The position numbers were made by a program, and so were the translations under genes. A DNA stretch of 64,000 nt. It comes from Bacteroidales bacterium. Its GTDB lineage: Bacteria > Bacteroidota > Bacteroidia > Bacteroidales > UBA12077. The stretch covers positions 34,675-98,674 of the forward strand of contig JAZBOG010000024.1 of NCBI GenBank assembly GCA_036351015.1, read 5' to 3'. Shown in pieces: positions 20,557 to 31,690 of this stretch. How positions within the stretch are numbered: the stretch's first letter is position 1; each line of letters opens with the position of its first letter. The notes under the pieces were generated by a model. It did not search any database. It saw only the letters and a program-made list of their open reading frames with translations, and was not told the DNA's origin.

Positions 20557-22017
20557 GTGAAACCATTCAATCAAATTGTTAAAATAATTATTACCAGCAA
20601 CATAAAAGGAAGTTATGCATCTGAACCAGTAAGGAAAGCAATCATCATTAATCTTTTCTCCATTATTGGATTTTCTTTTATGATTTTCTTTGGTATTCAA
20701 ACTCTTTTGACTTATCAGCTTTGGTATTCACTTATACTTTTTGGATTTGCTGCAATAACTGCTCTAAATTTTATTTATCTAAGAGTTTCAAAAAACTTTA
20801 ATCGGGCCGGGCTGTTTTTGGTAATCCTGATGACTTTTGTTGAGTTCTTTTTTATTATCAGCGGGGGAGTTGAAAAAACTGCCTTTGTTTGGTACTACAC
20901 CTATCCTATTTTGAGTTTATTTATCCTGGGGTTGATTCCTGGTATTTTTTTTATTGTTTTATTACTTTCGGGGACTATTGCTTTATTTTTCTTTCAACCT
21001 GATTTTTTTCCTGTGTATGATGAAAAAATCATATTACGATTCATAACCAGTTTTACTGCTGTTTCACTTATGGCAGCAGTTTTTGAATTTGTAAGATCTG
21101 TGACCTATAAAACATTAATAGAATCTGATGAGAAGAAAACATTTTACCTGAATAAGGTTCTTGAACAACAGGATGAAATTATAACAAAATCAAAAATACT
21201 GGAACATACCAACCTGGAACTTGAGAAGCACCGTAAACATTTGGAAGAATTAGTTAAAGCACGTACCACCGAATTAATTAAAGCCAAAGAAAAGGCCGAA
21301 GAATCAGATCGTTTAAAATCAGCCTTTTTAGCCAATATGAGTCACGAAATTCGCACACCGATGAATGCCATTGTTGGATTTTCTCATTTACTAATTGATC
21401 CTGAAACAAGAAATACGCTGAAAGAAGAGATGGTTCATCACGTTACACAAAATGCAAATAATCTGATGAAACTAATAGAGGACATTATAACTATTTCAAA
21501 GATTGAAGCTGAACAGATTGAGCTAAACATCCGGGAAGTAGATGTTCATCAAATCATAAGCAATGTTTACGAGGAGTTTGTAGGCATACAAACGATTCTG
21601 AACAAGCAATCTGTCAATTTTATTTTAGATCCGGAGAGGATAGATAAAAGACTTTTTATTTATACTGATGAAAACCATCTAAAAAAAATATTATATAATT
21701 TACTGGATAATGCATTTAAATTCACCGAAAAGGGGGAAATTCATTTTGGATATCAACGCACAAGTTCACAAATACAATTTTATGTAAAGGATACCGGGAT
21801 TGGGTTAACTACCGAACAGCAGAAAGACATTTTTCAACGTTTTACAAAAGCGGTAGACTCCCGAAAGAAATTGTATCGTGGTGCAGGGCTGGGATTAAGT
21901 ATCTGTAAAAACCTGGTTGAATTATTACAAGGAGAAATAAACGTGAGCTCAACCAGGGCTCAAGGTGAAACTCAGGGAGGATCTACTTTTTACGTAAAAT
22001 TACCACTAAAATTATAA
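20557..22017 (+). CDS. Membrane-bound sensor histidine kinase (about 6 TM, HisKA, HATPase, no receiver)
   Basis: [35 protein letters not shown]. Start is uncertain: GTG 20557 is preferred over TTG 20485. Confidence 0.9.
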   Translation: MKPFNQIVKIIITSNIKGSYASEPVRKAIIINLFSIIGFSFMIFFGIQTLLTYQLWYSLILFGFAAITALNFIYLRVSKNFNRAGLFLVILMTFVEFFFIISGGVEKTAFVWYYTYPILSLFILGLIPGIFFIVLLLSGTIALFFFQPDFFPVYDEKIILRFITSFTAVSLMAAVFEFVRSVTYKTLIESDEKKTFYLNKVLEQQDEIITKSKILEHTNLELEKHRKHLEELVKARTTELIKAKEKAEESDRLKSAFLANMSHEIRTPMNAIVGFSHLLIDPETRNTLKEEMVHHVTQNANNLMKLIEDIITISKIEAEQIELNIREVDVHQIISNVYEEFVGIQTILNKQSVNFILDPERIDKRLFIYTDENHLKKILYNLLDNAFKFTEKGEIHFGYQRTSSQIQFYVKDTGIGLTTEQQKDIFQRFTKAVDSRKKLYRGAGLGLSICKNLVELLQGEINVSSTRAQGETQGGSTFYVKLPLKL

Positions 22018-22176
22018 ATAACCAGCTATACATTACCTCCCATTTCTCATCTTAATTATTGATAAGTTTATTATCTTAAAAGAGGAGTTGGTCAAAAATT
22101 CTAAACACAGACTTGTTTAACTGCTTTTTTTTCTATACTTTATCCATGTTTTGATACAGTAACCTAAATTCAAAAG

Positions 22177-25100
22177 ATGAACTCTTTAAACACTCTGATA
22201 CCAGCCTTGTGTTTCTGTATCCTGTCCATTAATGTTTATCCTCAACATGATAGAATGGTGGGGACCCCATATATTCAAAATTATACAAGCGAAGATTATC
22301 ATACCCCCGAAGATCAAATCTGGTCGATCATACAGGATACCCAGGGATTAATGTATTTTGCCAACAATAACGGGATATTGGAATTTGATGGCAACAGCTG
22401 GCGGTTAATCGAAATCCCCAACAAGTCAACCATCCGGTCATTTGCATTTGATCCCAAAATTGGACGCATCTATGTAGGAGCAGTTGGCGATTTCGGTTAC
22501 CTGGAAACTGACAGTACCGGAGAAAAATATTTTGTTTCTCTACTTCAGAAAATCCCGGAAAGGTTTAAAAGCTTCGAAGATGTGTGGCATATTAGTGTAA
22601 TTCATAATACAATTGTTTTCAGAACAACCTCAGCGATCTACTTATACCAAAACGACACAATTAAAACTTTACTTCCAACCGACAGGTTCCACACATCTTT
22701 TAAGATTAATAATGAATATTATGTACGCGAATGGAACAAAGGACTACTCAGGCTTTCAGGCGACTCGTTAGCATTTGTGGGACAAAGTCATATTTTCGCC
22801 AATAAAAGGATCTATGCCATGTTACCCTTTAAGGAAAATAAAATTCTTATTGTAACAAGAGGACATGGCGTTTATATTTTTTCACCCACCTCCGAAACAA
22901 GGAGATTTTTAAAACCTGACTATTTTAGTCAGGTAAATACTTTATTAATCGAAAAACAACCCTATTACGGTGTTAAAAGAAATGATAATGAATACATTAT
23001 AGGAACCTTACAAAACGGAATTTTAATATTTAATGATCAGGGAGAAATAATACAACATCTTGACGAGCGGTCGGGGTTAAACAATTCGCTGGTACTTAGC
23101 CTGTTTGTGGACAAACAAAAAAATTTATGGGCGGGATTAAATAATGGAATTTCGTATATCATTAAAAATTCGCCTTATTCAATCTTTAACGAAAAGAATG
23201 GGTTGGAGGGAACAGCTTATATGGCTGAGAAATTTAACAATAAACTATATGTTGGCACCTCCTTGGGCTTATTTTATGAAGAAGAACCGAATTATTTTTC
23301 ATTAATAAAAAACACGAAAGGTCAAAGCTGGTATATAACAAAAATTAATCATAAATTATTTTTAGGTCATTCGGACGGGGTCTTTATTATTGAGAAAAAC
23401 CAGGGAATAAAAATCACACCCAATATAGGAACGGTATGGTCCTTACATAAAATAAATCAAAAACCCTATATTCTTGCTGCTACGAATAATGGCTTTTATA
23501 TCTTAGAATGCAAAAATAATGAGTGGCGGTTAAAAAATAAAGTAAAAGGATTTAATGAATCCTCGAGGTATATTCAGATTGCAAAAGACAACACCATCTG
23601 GGTAAGTCATGCAAATAAGGGAATTTATAAACTCAAACTATCGAAACAACTTGACCGGGTTGTTCATTGGGAGTTTTACGACACCAATTCCGGATTACCT
23701 TCGAATACCCATAACTATGTTTTAAAAATAAAAGATCAAACTCACGAATCAGAGATTATTTTTGGAACCGAAAGAGGAATCTACCAATACAATAAACAAA
23801 CCAACAGGTTTAAGCCACATCCTGTATTTTCCTTTCTTCCTGATCATGGATTTATTGATGAATTTGTTCAGGATAAGGACAGAAATATCTATTTCCAACA
23901 AGGAGATGAAAAAGGAGTTTTAAAAAAACAAGAAAATGGGACCTATCGATTAGAAAGGACAGCATTTTTAAAACTTAAAGGATTATTTATTGAACACATT
24001 TCGATCGTTGATACCAACAGGATTTTATATTCGTGCAAAGAAGGGGTGATTCAATACAATCCCAATCAAAAGATTAATTTTAACCAGCCATACAAAGCAG
24101 TGATAAGAAAAATAACGGCCAACGATTCATTAATTTATGAAGGCAACGACTCTATATCACCACTACAACTTCCCTACCAGCTGAACAATTTAAATTTTAT
24201 ATTTTCGGCCCTGTACTTTGAAGATCCCGAAGAAACCGAATTTAGTTTTTACCTGGAAGGCTTTAACGATTCGAAGGAGGGCTGGTCGAAATGGTCAACA
24301 AAAAAAGAAAAAGAATATACGAACTTAAATCATGGCAAATACATCTTTAAGGTTAAAGCCAGAAATATTTATGAAATAGAAAGTGAAGTTGCCGAATTTC
24401 ATTTTCAGATTTTAGCCCCCTGGTATAATACCATCATCGCCTATATTATCTATGGAATCATCGCCATCTTCCTGCTATGGATTATCTTAAGCTATTACAC
24501 CCAACGGTTACAAAAAGAAAAGGAAAATCTCGAAAAAATTGTAAAAGAACGAACCAAAGAGATCATCAGGCAGAAGGAGGCGATTGAAAAAATCAATAAC
24601 CAGTTAAAAAAATTATCCATTGTAGCCAGCAAAACCAGTAATGCAGTGATTATATTCAGTTATGATGGAAGAATTGAATGGTTTAATGATTCCTTCAGCA
24701 AGATTTATGGTTATTCTTACGAAGAGTTCATCCGGGAAAAAGGAAATAATATTTTTAACGCAAGCAGTAATAAAAAAATTAAGTCTTATGTTGAGCAATG
24801 TATCCGGTGCCGGTCGAGTGTAATTTATGAAACACAACTAGAAACCAGGGACAATGATCCGGTGTGGATCCAAACCACGCTAACTCCTATTGTTGATGAT
24901 CATGGAAATATTGAGAAGTTGGTAGCCATTGATACAGACATTACTGCCCTAAAGAAAGCCGAAAGCGAAATCATGCAAAAAAATGAGGAAATACTTTCTC
25001 AAAATGAGGAGATGCTGGCCCAAAACGAAGAGCTTGAACAACACAGGCATCATTTACAGGAGTTGGTTAGTGAACGAACAGCTGATTTAAAAAAAGCAAA

Positions 25101-26274
25101 AGAGCATGCCGAAGAAAGTGACCGGCTCAAATCAGCTTTCCTGGCCAACATGTCGCACGAAATAAGAACCCCGATGAACGCTATTGTTGGTTTTACTGAT
25201 TTGTTGAATGATCCCGACTTGTCGGATCAGGAAAGAAAAGAATTAATAACACACATTAACACCAATAGCGAAACCCTATTACACCTAATTGATGATATTA
25301 TTGATTTGGCCAAAATTGAAGCAAACCAGGTTGATATCAATAAAAAAAATTGCCACCTATTCGATATTATACAGGAGGTATTTAACACATTCAGCGAAAG
25401 AAAAAGGGAGAAAGATCCCAACAACAAGATTGACTTTAAGCTTTCGGTTGATGAAAAGCTGCAAGAAATCACTCTTTTTACAGATCCACTCAGGATACAG
25501 CAGATCTTATCTAACCTGATCCAGAATGCATTTAAATTCACTGAAAAAGGCTCTATTGAAATTGGGTATGAATTCCTGACCATCAAAGAATCCCCTTTTA
25601 TCCGGTTTTTTGTAAAAGATACGGGTATTGGTTTGAGCGAAGATCAACAAAAAATTATTTTCGACCGTTTTAATAAAGCCGAAGACAATAAACAAAAACT
25701 CTACCGGGGAGCCGGTTTGGGCTTAGCTATAAGCAAAAGCTTAATAGAACTGCTAGGGGGTAAAATATCAGTAAAATCTGAAAAGGAGAACCCCGCTGAA
25801 AATAAACAGGGTTTTTCAGAATTTTATTTTACCATTCCATTTATTAACCAGCAAGAAAAGACTAATGATATGACACCAAATCAATCAGAAAAAGGATCAC
25901 CCACTTACAATTGGAGTTCAAAAAAGATACTCATCGCCGAAGACGAAGACAGCAATTATCGTTTTCTGGAGATGGTACTCAATAAAACCAGGTCGGAAGT
26001 TATTTGGGCAAAAGATGGGTTTGAAGCCATAGAAAAATGTAAAAAACACGAACCCGATTTAATTTTAATGGACATTAAAATGCCCAATATGGATGGACTG
26101 GAAGCGACCAGGGAGATAAAGAAATTATACCCTCAGATTCCGATTGTAGCTCAAACAGCATTTGCCATGGAAAATGATGAAAAGCTAAGCCTGGAAGCCG
26201 GTTGCAATGCTTACCTGTCAAAACCCATAAGAGCAAAAAAATTATTAAACACATTAGCAACTTTCTTAAATTAA
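22177..26274 (+). CDS. Hybrid histidine kinase: beta-propeller and Y_Y_Y sensor, TM, PAS, HisKA, HATPase, receiver
   Basis: YTNLNHGKYIFKVKAR, PAS-like 810-930 aa, [20 protein letters not shown]. Confidence 0.92.
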   Translation: MNSLNTLIPALCFCILSINVYPQHDRMVGTPYIQNYTSEDYHTPEDQIWSIIQDTQGLMYFANNNGILEFDGNSWRLIEIPNKSTIRSFAFDPKIGRIYVGAVGDFGYLETDSTGEKYFVSLLQKIPERFKSFEDVWHISVIHNTIVFRTTSAIYLYQNDTIKTLLPTDRFHTSFKINNEYYVREWNKGLLRLSGDSLAFVGQSHIFANKRIYAMLPFKENKILIVTRGHGVYIFSPTSETRRFLKPDYFSQVNTLLIEKQPYYGVKRNDNEYIIGTLQNGILIFNDQGEIIQHLDERSGLNNSLVLSLFVDKQKNLWAGLNNGISYIIKNSPYSIFNEKNGLEGTAYMAEKFNNKLYVGTSLGLFYEEEPNYFSLIKNTKGQSWYITKINHKLFLGHSDGVFIIEKNQGIKITPNIGTVWSLHKINQKPYILAATNNGFYILECKNNEWRLKNKVKGFNESSRYIQIAKDNTIWVSHANKGIYKLKLSKQLDRVVHWEFYDTNSGLPSNTHNYVLKIKDQTHESEIIFGTERGIYQYNKQTNRFKPHPVFSFLPDHGFIDEFVQDKDRNIYFQQGDEKGVLKKQENGTYRLERTAFLKLKGLFIEHISIVDTNRILYSCKEGVIQYNPNQKINFNQPYKAVIRKITANDSLIYEGNDSISPLQLPYQLNNLNFIFSALYFEDPEETEFSFYLEGFNDSKEGWSKWSTKKEKEYTNLNHGKYIFKVKARNIYEIESEVAEFHFQILAPWYNTIIAYIIYGIIAIFLLWIILSYYTQRLQKEKENLEKIVKERTKEIIRQKEAIEKINNQLKKLSIVASKTSNAVIIFSYDGRIEWFNDSFSKIYGYSYEEFIREKGNNIFNASSNKKIKSYVEQCIRCRSSVIYETQLETRDNDPVWIQTTLTPIVDDHGNIEKLVAIDTDITALKKAESEIMQKNEEILSQNEEMLAQNEELEQHRHHLQELVSERTADLKKAKEHAEESDRLKSAFLANMSHEIRTPMNAIVGFTDLLNDPDLSDQERKELITHINTNSETLLHLIDDIIDLAKIEANQVDINKKNCHLFDIIQEVFNTFSERKREKDPNNKIDFKLSVDEKLQEITLFTDPLRIQQILSNLIQNAFKFTEKGSIEIGYEFLTIKESPFIRFFVKDTGIGLSEDQQKIIFDRFNKAEDNKQKLYRGAGLGLAISKSLIELLGGKISVKSEKENPAENKQGFSEFYFTIPFINQQEKTNDMTPNQSEKGSPTYNWSSKKILIAEDEDSNYRFLEMVLNKTRSEVIWAKDGFEAIEKCKKHEPDLILMDIKMPNMDGLEATREIKKLYPQIPIVAQTAFAMENDEKLSLEAGCNAYLSKPIRAKKLLNTLATFLN

Positions 26275-26307
26275 CTGTTATACGATCAAAACTATAAAAC
26301 CTAAACC

Positions 26308-29300
26308 ATGACCACATTCTCTGATTCTTACAAAAAAATCACAATGTATGTTATCATTATGTTTTTTATTGTATTAACAAAAAATGGTTTTTCACAAAAC
26401 CAGGACTATGAATTTGAAAAATTAACGGTAAAAAACGGATTGTCGCATAATAATGTTTATGCAATTTATCAGGACCAACTAGGTTTTCTGTGGTTTGGAA
26501 CACAAGACGGATTAAATAAGTACGACGGCTATAACTTTACAATTTACCGGCACGAACCCGGAAATGAAAACTCACTCCTAACCGGGAATTTTGGAAAAAT
26601 ATACCAGGATTCTTCAGGAATCTTTTGGTTTGGCACTTTTGGTGGAGGAATAGACAAATACAATCCCAGGACCAATAAATTTAAAAACCTGTCAAATGAC
26701 CCTAACGATCCAACAAGTTTAAGTAATAACCAAATTACTTTCTTTTTCATGGATTCATTTAATGAGCTATGGGTAGGAACTTCAAGTGGAGGATTAAACA
26801 AACTCAATAAGGATGGCGAAACATTTACAAGGTATCAACACAATCCCAACGACTCTACAAGCCTTAGTCATCCAAGAGCTAAATGCATTTGCGAAACCAG
26901 CGATGGGACTCTCTGGATTGGTACAGGGAACGGACTGAACCAATTCAACCGGGAAACGGGGAAATTCAGGCATTATTATCACGATCCAAAAAACAGGAAT
27001 AGCTTAAGTGCAAATAGTATTCAACATATTTTAGCCGATAAAAATGATATGCTTTGGATTGCTACCCGAAATGGAGGGTTAAATAAATTTAACCCTGAAA
27101 CTGAAGAATTTACCCATTTTATGAATGATCCCGACAATCCGGAATCAATCAATGACAATAAAGTAGAATTTTTATATATAGACTCGTATAATCAGTTTTG
27201 GGTAGGCACTTACGAAGGAGGATTAAATTTATTTGACCCCGAAGAAGAAACCTTTAAACATTTCACGCACAACCCTAACTATTCGGAAAGCATAAGCAAC
27301 AACCGGGTTGAATATATTTTTGAAGACAGGTCTAAAGTTCTCTGGATTGGGACCCGTGGAGGAGGAATAAATAAACTGGACCTAAAACCTAAAAAGTTTA
27401 AAAATTACAAACACGATCCATTTAATAAAAACTCGTTACCTCATACAAGTATCATGGCTTTGGATCATGACCAGGAGGGTAATCTATGGATCGGAACCGA
27501 CGGCGGTGGACTTACCCGGTATAACCCCGAAACTGGTATATTTAAACATTTTAAACATAGTGCTCATCAACTGAACACCATAAGTGGCGACAGGGTATGG
27601 TCGGTAAAAGTTGACCGGCAAGGAATTATCTGGGCGGGAACTTACCTTGGGGGATTAAACCGGATTGAATTTAAAAACGGGAAATATACTGTTACCCGGT
27701 ATCTCAATTCCCGTGATCCCCAAAGCATTAGTAGTAATCAAATAAACAGCATCCTGGAAGACAATGAGGGAAATATCTGGCTGGGAACATCTGACGGGCT
27801 AAATAAACTTATCAAGGAAGGGAATCCCGAAAACTATCATTTTAAAGTTTATACCCAAAACAAAGGCGATTCGCTTATTTTTATCGATAATTATATTAGC
27901 AGCATATACATCGATAGCAAACAACGTTTTTGGGTAGGATCCTATGTAGGGGGATTATTCCGGTTTTTCCCTGATAAAGAACAGTTTATCAATTACAACC
28001 CATCACAACTTGATTCCTCTGAATTTAAAAGTCCTATCCATGTAATAACTATTTACGAAGACAAAAATAATCAGTTGTGGATAGGTACTGAGTCAAATGG
28101 ATTGTTACACTTCGATTATGAAAAGATGAGCTTTTCTCCCCACCCAAGAAACCAGGCATTACAAAGCAATATGATTATGGGAATGCTCGAAGATGATATG
28201 GGGAATTTTTGGATTAGTACGTCGAGGACTTTGGCAAAATATACCCCCTGGAATAAGAACATCAACAACTACACGTTTACCGACGGATTAGAAAGTAGTG
28301 GTTTTAACAGAAATGCCTGCTTAAAAGCCTCCAATGGATTAATGTACTTTGGCAGTAATGCAGCACTTAGTTACTTTAATCCATTAAAAGTTGGCCGGAA
28401 TCCCTTTTATCCCAAAGTAGTGATAACAGATTTTAGAGTTTTAAATAAATCAGAATGGAAAAACAACTTAACACCCTTTGCGAAAACTATTCATGAGAAT
28501 AATGAAATTATTCTCAATCCCAAAGATTACTTCTTTACTATCGAATTTGCGGCCCTGGACTATACAACACCAACCAAAAACCACTACCAGTATATGCTTG
28601 AGGGGTTGGATGAGGATTGGATCGAAGCTTCCAATACAAGAAGTGCAACCTATACAAACCTTGATCCGGGATCTTATTTGTTTAAAGTTAAAGGGAGCAA
28701 TAATGATAAAATATGGAATGAAACACCTACTGAAATAAAAATTAAAATTCTTCCTCCATTTTACAAAAAAACCTGGTTTTATATCTTAGAACTGGTATTC
28801 ATTCTTTTAATCATTGTAGGATACATACGTTTCCGAACACGTAAACTCCGAATCGATAAAAAAATTCTTGAAAAAAATGTTGAAGAAAGAACCCGAGAAA
28901 TAAATCTCCAGAAGGAAGAGCTTGAAGCACAGGCAGATAATCTTGAAAAAATAAATCAAAAACTCGAACAGCATCAGAACCATTTGGAAAAGTTAGTAAA
29001 CGACCGAACAAAGGATCTTGAAATCGCGAAAAACAGAGCCGAAGAAGCAGACAAACTAAAATCAGCATTTTTAGCCAACATGTCGCATGAAATACGTACT
29101 CCGATGAATGCCATTATTGGTTTTACAAACTTGTTAAGCGATCAGGATATGGGCACTGATCAAAAAACTGAACTCATTGATCTGATCATTAAAAACAGCC
29201 ACTCGCTCTTGAACTTAATCGATGATATTATTGACATTGCTAAAATTGAATCAGGACAATTACGAATAATTAAAAAGGAGTGCGATGTAAACCAGTTAAT

Positions 29301-29796
29301 GAATGAGCTATTCGAAGACCTTCAGATCAGGGTAGAGCATAATAAAAACATAAAAATAATAGTTGATGAAAAAGCTCTCCAAAACCCAGTAAAAGTCTAT
29401 ACTGATTATTATCGGATTCAACAAATATTTAACAACCTGACTGACAACGCTATAAAATTCACAGAACAAGGATTTGTAGAATTTGGATATCTTACAGATT
29501 CGTTAAAATCTGAAAATCAACTTATTTTTTATGTTAAAGATACAGGTATTGGCTTAACCTCTGAACAGCAAAATACTATATTTTCAAGGTTCACCAAAGT
29601 TGAACACGACAAGAAAAAAATATACAGAGGTGCCGGTCTGGGTTTAGCCATTTCTAAAAACCTGGTTGAAATGCTGGGTGGCAAAATATGGGTTGAATCA
29701 GCGCTTAACAAAGGATCAACATTTTTCTTTTCCATCCCTTTTGTCCAGCAGGAAAGTGAACTGGTATCAAATGAACCAATACAACAAAACAACTAA
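26308..29796 (+). CDS. Sensor histidine kinase with two-component-regulator propeller and Y_Y_Y domains, no receiver
   Basis: GLSHNNV..IYQD..GFLWFGTQDGLNKYDG, repeated LWIGT.GGLN blades, [26 protein letters not shown]. Confidence 0.92.
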   Translation: MTTFSDSYKKITMYVIIMFFIVLTKNGFSQNQDYEFEKLTVKNGLSHNNVYAIYQDQLGFLWFGTQDGLNKYDGYNFTIYRHEPGNENSLLTGNFGKIYQDSSGIFWFGTFGGGIDKYNPRTNKFKNLSNDPNDPTSLSNNQITFFFMDSFNELWVGTSSGGLNKLNKDGETFTRYQHNPNDSTSLSHPRAKCICETSDGTLWIGTGNGLNQFNRETGKFRHYYHDPKNRNSLSANSIQHILADKNDMLWIATRNGGLNKFNPETEEFTHFMNDPDNPESINDNKVEFLYIDSYNQFWVGTYEGGLNLFDPEEETFKHFTHNPNYSESISNNRVEYIFEDRSKVLWIGTRGGGINKLDLKPKKFKNYKHDPFNKNSLPHTSIMALDHDQEGNLWIGTDGGGLTRYNPETGIFKHFKHSAHQLNTISGDRVWSVKVDRQGIIWAGTYLGGLNRIEFKNGKYTVTRYLNSRDPQSISSNQINSILEDNEGNIWLGTSDGLNKLIKEGNPENYHFKVYTQNKGDSLIFIDNYISSIYIDSKQRFWVGSYVGGLFRFFPDKEQFINYNPSQLDSSEFKSPIHVITIYEDKNNQLWIGTESNGLLHFDYEKMSFSPHPRNQALQSNMIMGMLEDDMGNFWISTSRTLAKYTPWNKNINNYTFTDGLESSGFNRNACLKASNGLMYFGSNAALSYFNPLKVGRNPFYPKVVITDFRVLNKSEWKNNLTPFAKTIHENNEIILNPKDYFFTIEFAALDYTTPTKNHYQYMLEGLDEDWIEASNTRSATYTNLDPGSYLFKVKGSNNDKIWNETPTEIKIKILPPFYKKTWFYILELVFILLIIVGYIRFRTRKLRIDKKILEKNVEERTREINLQKEELEAQADNLEKINQKLEQHQNHLEKLVNDRTKDLEIAKNRAEEADKLKSAFLANMSHEIRTPMNAIIGFTNLLSDQDMGTDQKTELIDLIIKNSHSLLNLIDDIIDIAKIESGQLRIIKKECDVNQLMNELFEDLQIRVEHNKNIKIIVDEKALQNPVKVYTDYYRIQQIFNNLTDNAIKFTEQGFVEFGYLTDSLKSENQLIFYVKDTGIGLTSEQQNTIFSRFTKVEHDKKKIYRGAGLGLAISKNLVEMLGGKIWVESALNKGSTFFFSIPFVQQESELVSNEPIQQNN

Positions 29797-30158
29797 AAAA
29801 ACAGGTTAAGTTCCCGAAAACGAAAAAAGTAACTAAAAATTTCCCGGAAGGATCATAGGTTAAATATCAATTGAATTTCAGCTGGCCTAAGACGGAAAAC
29901 TTATCCCGGAATTTGCCGTGATCAATAGAATATTAATTATTTTACGTAACTACTCTGATAATTTTAGTTGAAAAAAAATGAATCTACCATCTTTATCTCA
30001 AAGGTCATTGTTAATGAATTACTCCGATCAATCCAAAATAAATTTTTAAGAAGTAACCTGTTTTTTTTTACAGTAAAGTTTTACATTACCTTCTCCTTTT
30101 TTCATCAGCCAATGACCCATCTGGTCTTATCTGCCGGTGAAAAAATCCCGGGTGATTC

Positions 30159-31652
30159 TCAGAATGGGAAATCATCTTCAACCTCCCTCTCCTGTTCCTG
30201 TTCTTCTGGTTTTTGTGCTAACTGATGAACAGCATTTCCTTCGACATAAATGGCTTTATAAGGGGTTGTTGGACAGGCATATTCACATGCTCCACAACCG
30301 ATACAAAACTCACCGGTAACTTGAGGGATTACGAGTTTATTTCGATATGGCACCATACGTACTGCTTTGGTCGGGCAATGTTCGGCACAAGCACCGCAAT
30401 CGGTACCTTCGGTTTCTACAATGCAATTCTGTTTTACAAACTGGGCAATTCCAACCTGGGTCTGTCGTTTTTGCCCAAGCTCCAGTAACTGAATGGCACC
30501 TGTAGGACAAACTTCTCCACATATTACACAATCGAAGTTACAGAAACCGGCATGATTATCCAGAACAGGTTGCATAAAGCCAATGAGCCCGTAATCGGTA
30601 TAGGCTGGCTGTAAAACATGGGTAGGACATGCACTCACACACAAATGACAGGCAGTGCAGGTTGAGTTAAAATGATCGATAGAAACCGAGCCCGGAGGAG
30701 CAACAGCAACTTTTCTTTTTGCAGGAAAAGTTGCTGTATCATGAACTATCATGTCCTGGGAGCGGCTTTTTCCTGCAGCAAAAATTAACGCTAATAGCGC
30801 AAAAAATTGTCGCCTGTTATTGGGATTTTGTTCAGAGAGGGTAGAGTCTTCCTGCGTTGTTACTTTTTTTAGAAAAGAATAGTGAATACTATCCACCGGA
30901 CAAACTGTTAAACAATTGAAACAGTTAATACAGCGATCAAGTTCAACATTTTGTTTTGAGATATCTATACATCCTGCTTTACAGACTTTTTCACAAAGCT
31001 TACAGCTGGTACAGGTATTTTTATCGATGGCTATTTTCAGTACTGAAAACCGGGATAGAAAGCCCAGCAATGTTCCCACAGGACAGATGGTATTGCAATA
31101 TAAGCGTCCTTTAAAAACAGAGAAGAAGAAGACCAGTAACAGGAAAAAGAAAGAAACGATGATTACCTCCCAGTGTTGTGGTTTTAAATCAACCACATAG
31201 AACGTGTAAATATCAAACTTCTGGAAAACAGAAGCCAAAATATTATTTCCCTTAACTGCCAGGGGTCTTATTAACCCTGAAGAAATTCGTCCGAAAATAC
31301 TATAGGGATCGAGAAGTGAAACAATAAGGGTAACCCCGGTAAAAATCCCCAGGGAAAATATTGCCAGGAAAGAATATCGAAGCCATCGAAAAGGCTTAAG
31401 GTAAACGTATCGGTATCTTTTTAATCTACGGATTTTTTTGGAGAGAAAACTAAAAATATCCTGCATTATTCCCAGGGGGCAAAGAAACGAACAATATACC
31501 CTCCCCAAAAATATTGTCAGGAAAAAAATTACCAACAGAGCAACTCCTCCAATGGCCATTCCATTGATAAGTTTTAACAGAGAAGGGGTTAACTGAAAAA
31601 AAAGGACCGAGTCGTAAATTTTTTCGGGAATCAGACCGGTAAAATCAATCAA
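30159..31652 (-). CDS. Membrane polyferredoxin (NapH/MauN-like TM part plus NapG/NapF-like C-terminal part); 5' end probably frameshifted
   Basis: GRVYCSFLCPLG, GRLYCNTICPVG, multiple CxxCxxCxxxCP, PPGS...CTACHLCVSACP. Confidence 0.88.
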   Translation of the reverse strand: MIDFTGLIPEKIYDSVLFFQLTPSLLKLINGMAIGGVALLVIFFLTIFLGRVYCSFLCPLGIMQDIFSFLSKKIRRLKRYRYVYLKPFRWLRYSFLAIFSLGIFTGVTLIVSLLDPYSIFGRISSGLIRPLAVKGNNILASVFQKFDIYTFYVVDLKPQHWEVIIVSFFFLLLVFFFSVFKGRLYCNTICPVGTLLGFLSRFSVLKIAIDKNTCTSCKLCEKVCKAGCIDISKQNVELDRCINCFNCLTVCPVDSIHYSFLKKVTTQEDSTLSEQNPNNRRQFFALLALIFAAGKSRSQDMIVHDTATFPAKRKVAVAPPGSVSIDHFNSTCTACHLCVSACPTHVLQPAYTDYGLIGFMQPVLDNHAGFCNFDCVICGEVCPTGAIQLLELGQKRQTQVGIAQFVKQNCIVETEGTDCGACAEHCPTKAVRMVPYRNKLVIPQVTGEFCIGCGACEYACPTTPYKAIYVEGNAVHQLAQKPEEQEQEREVEDDFPF

Positions 31653-31690
31653 TAATATAAAGATGAATAAAAAATAGCAAGCTTCATGAA

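Noticed and set aside
26400-28400. Repeated HNPN..SLS / LWIGT.GGLN units
   Set aside because: Ordinary beta-propeller blades; degenerate at the DNA level, and not a CRISPR or tandem repeat.
29968-30225. 85-aa plus-strand ORF in the long gap
   Set aside because: TTG start, low-complexity composition, overlaps the polyferredoxin 3' end, no recognisable motif.
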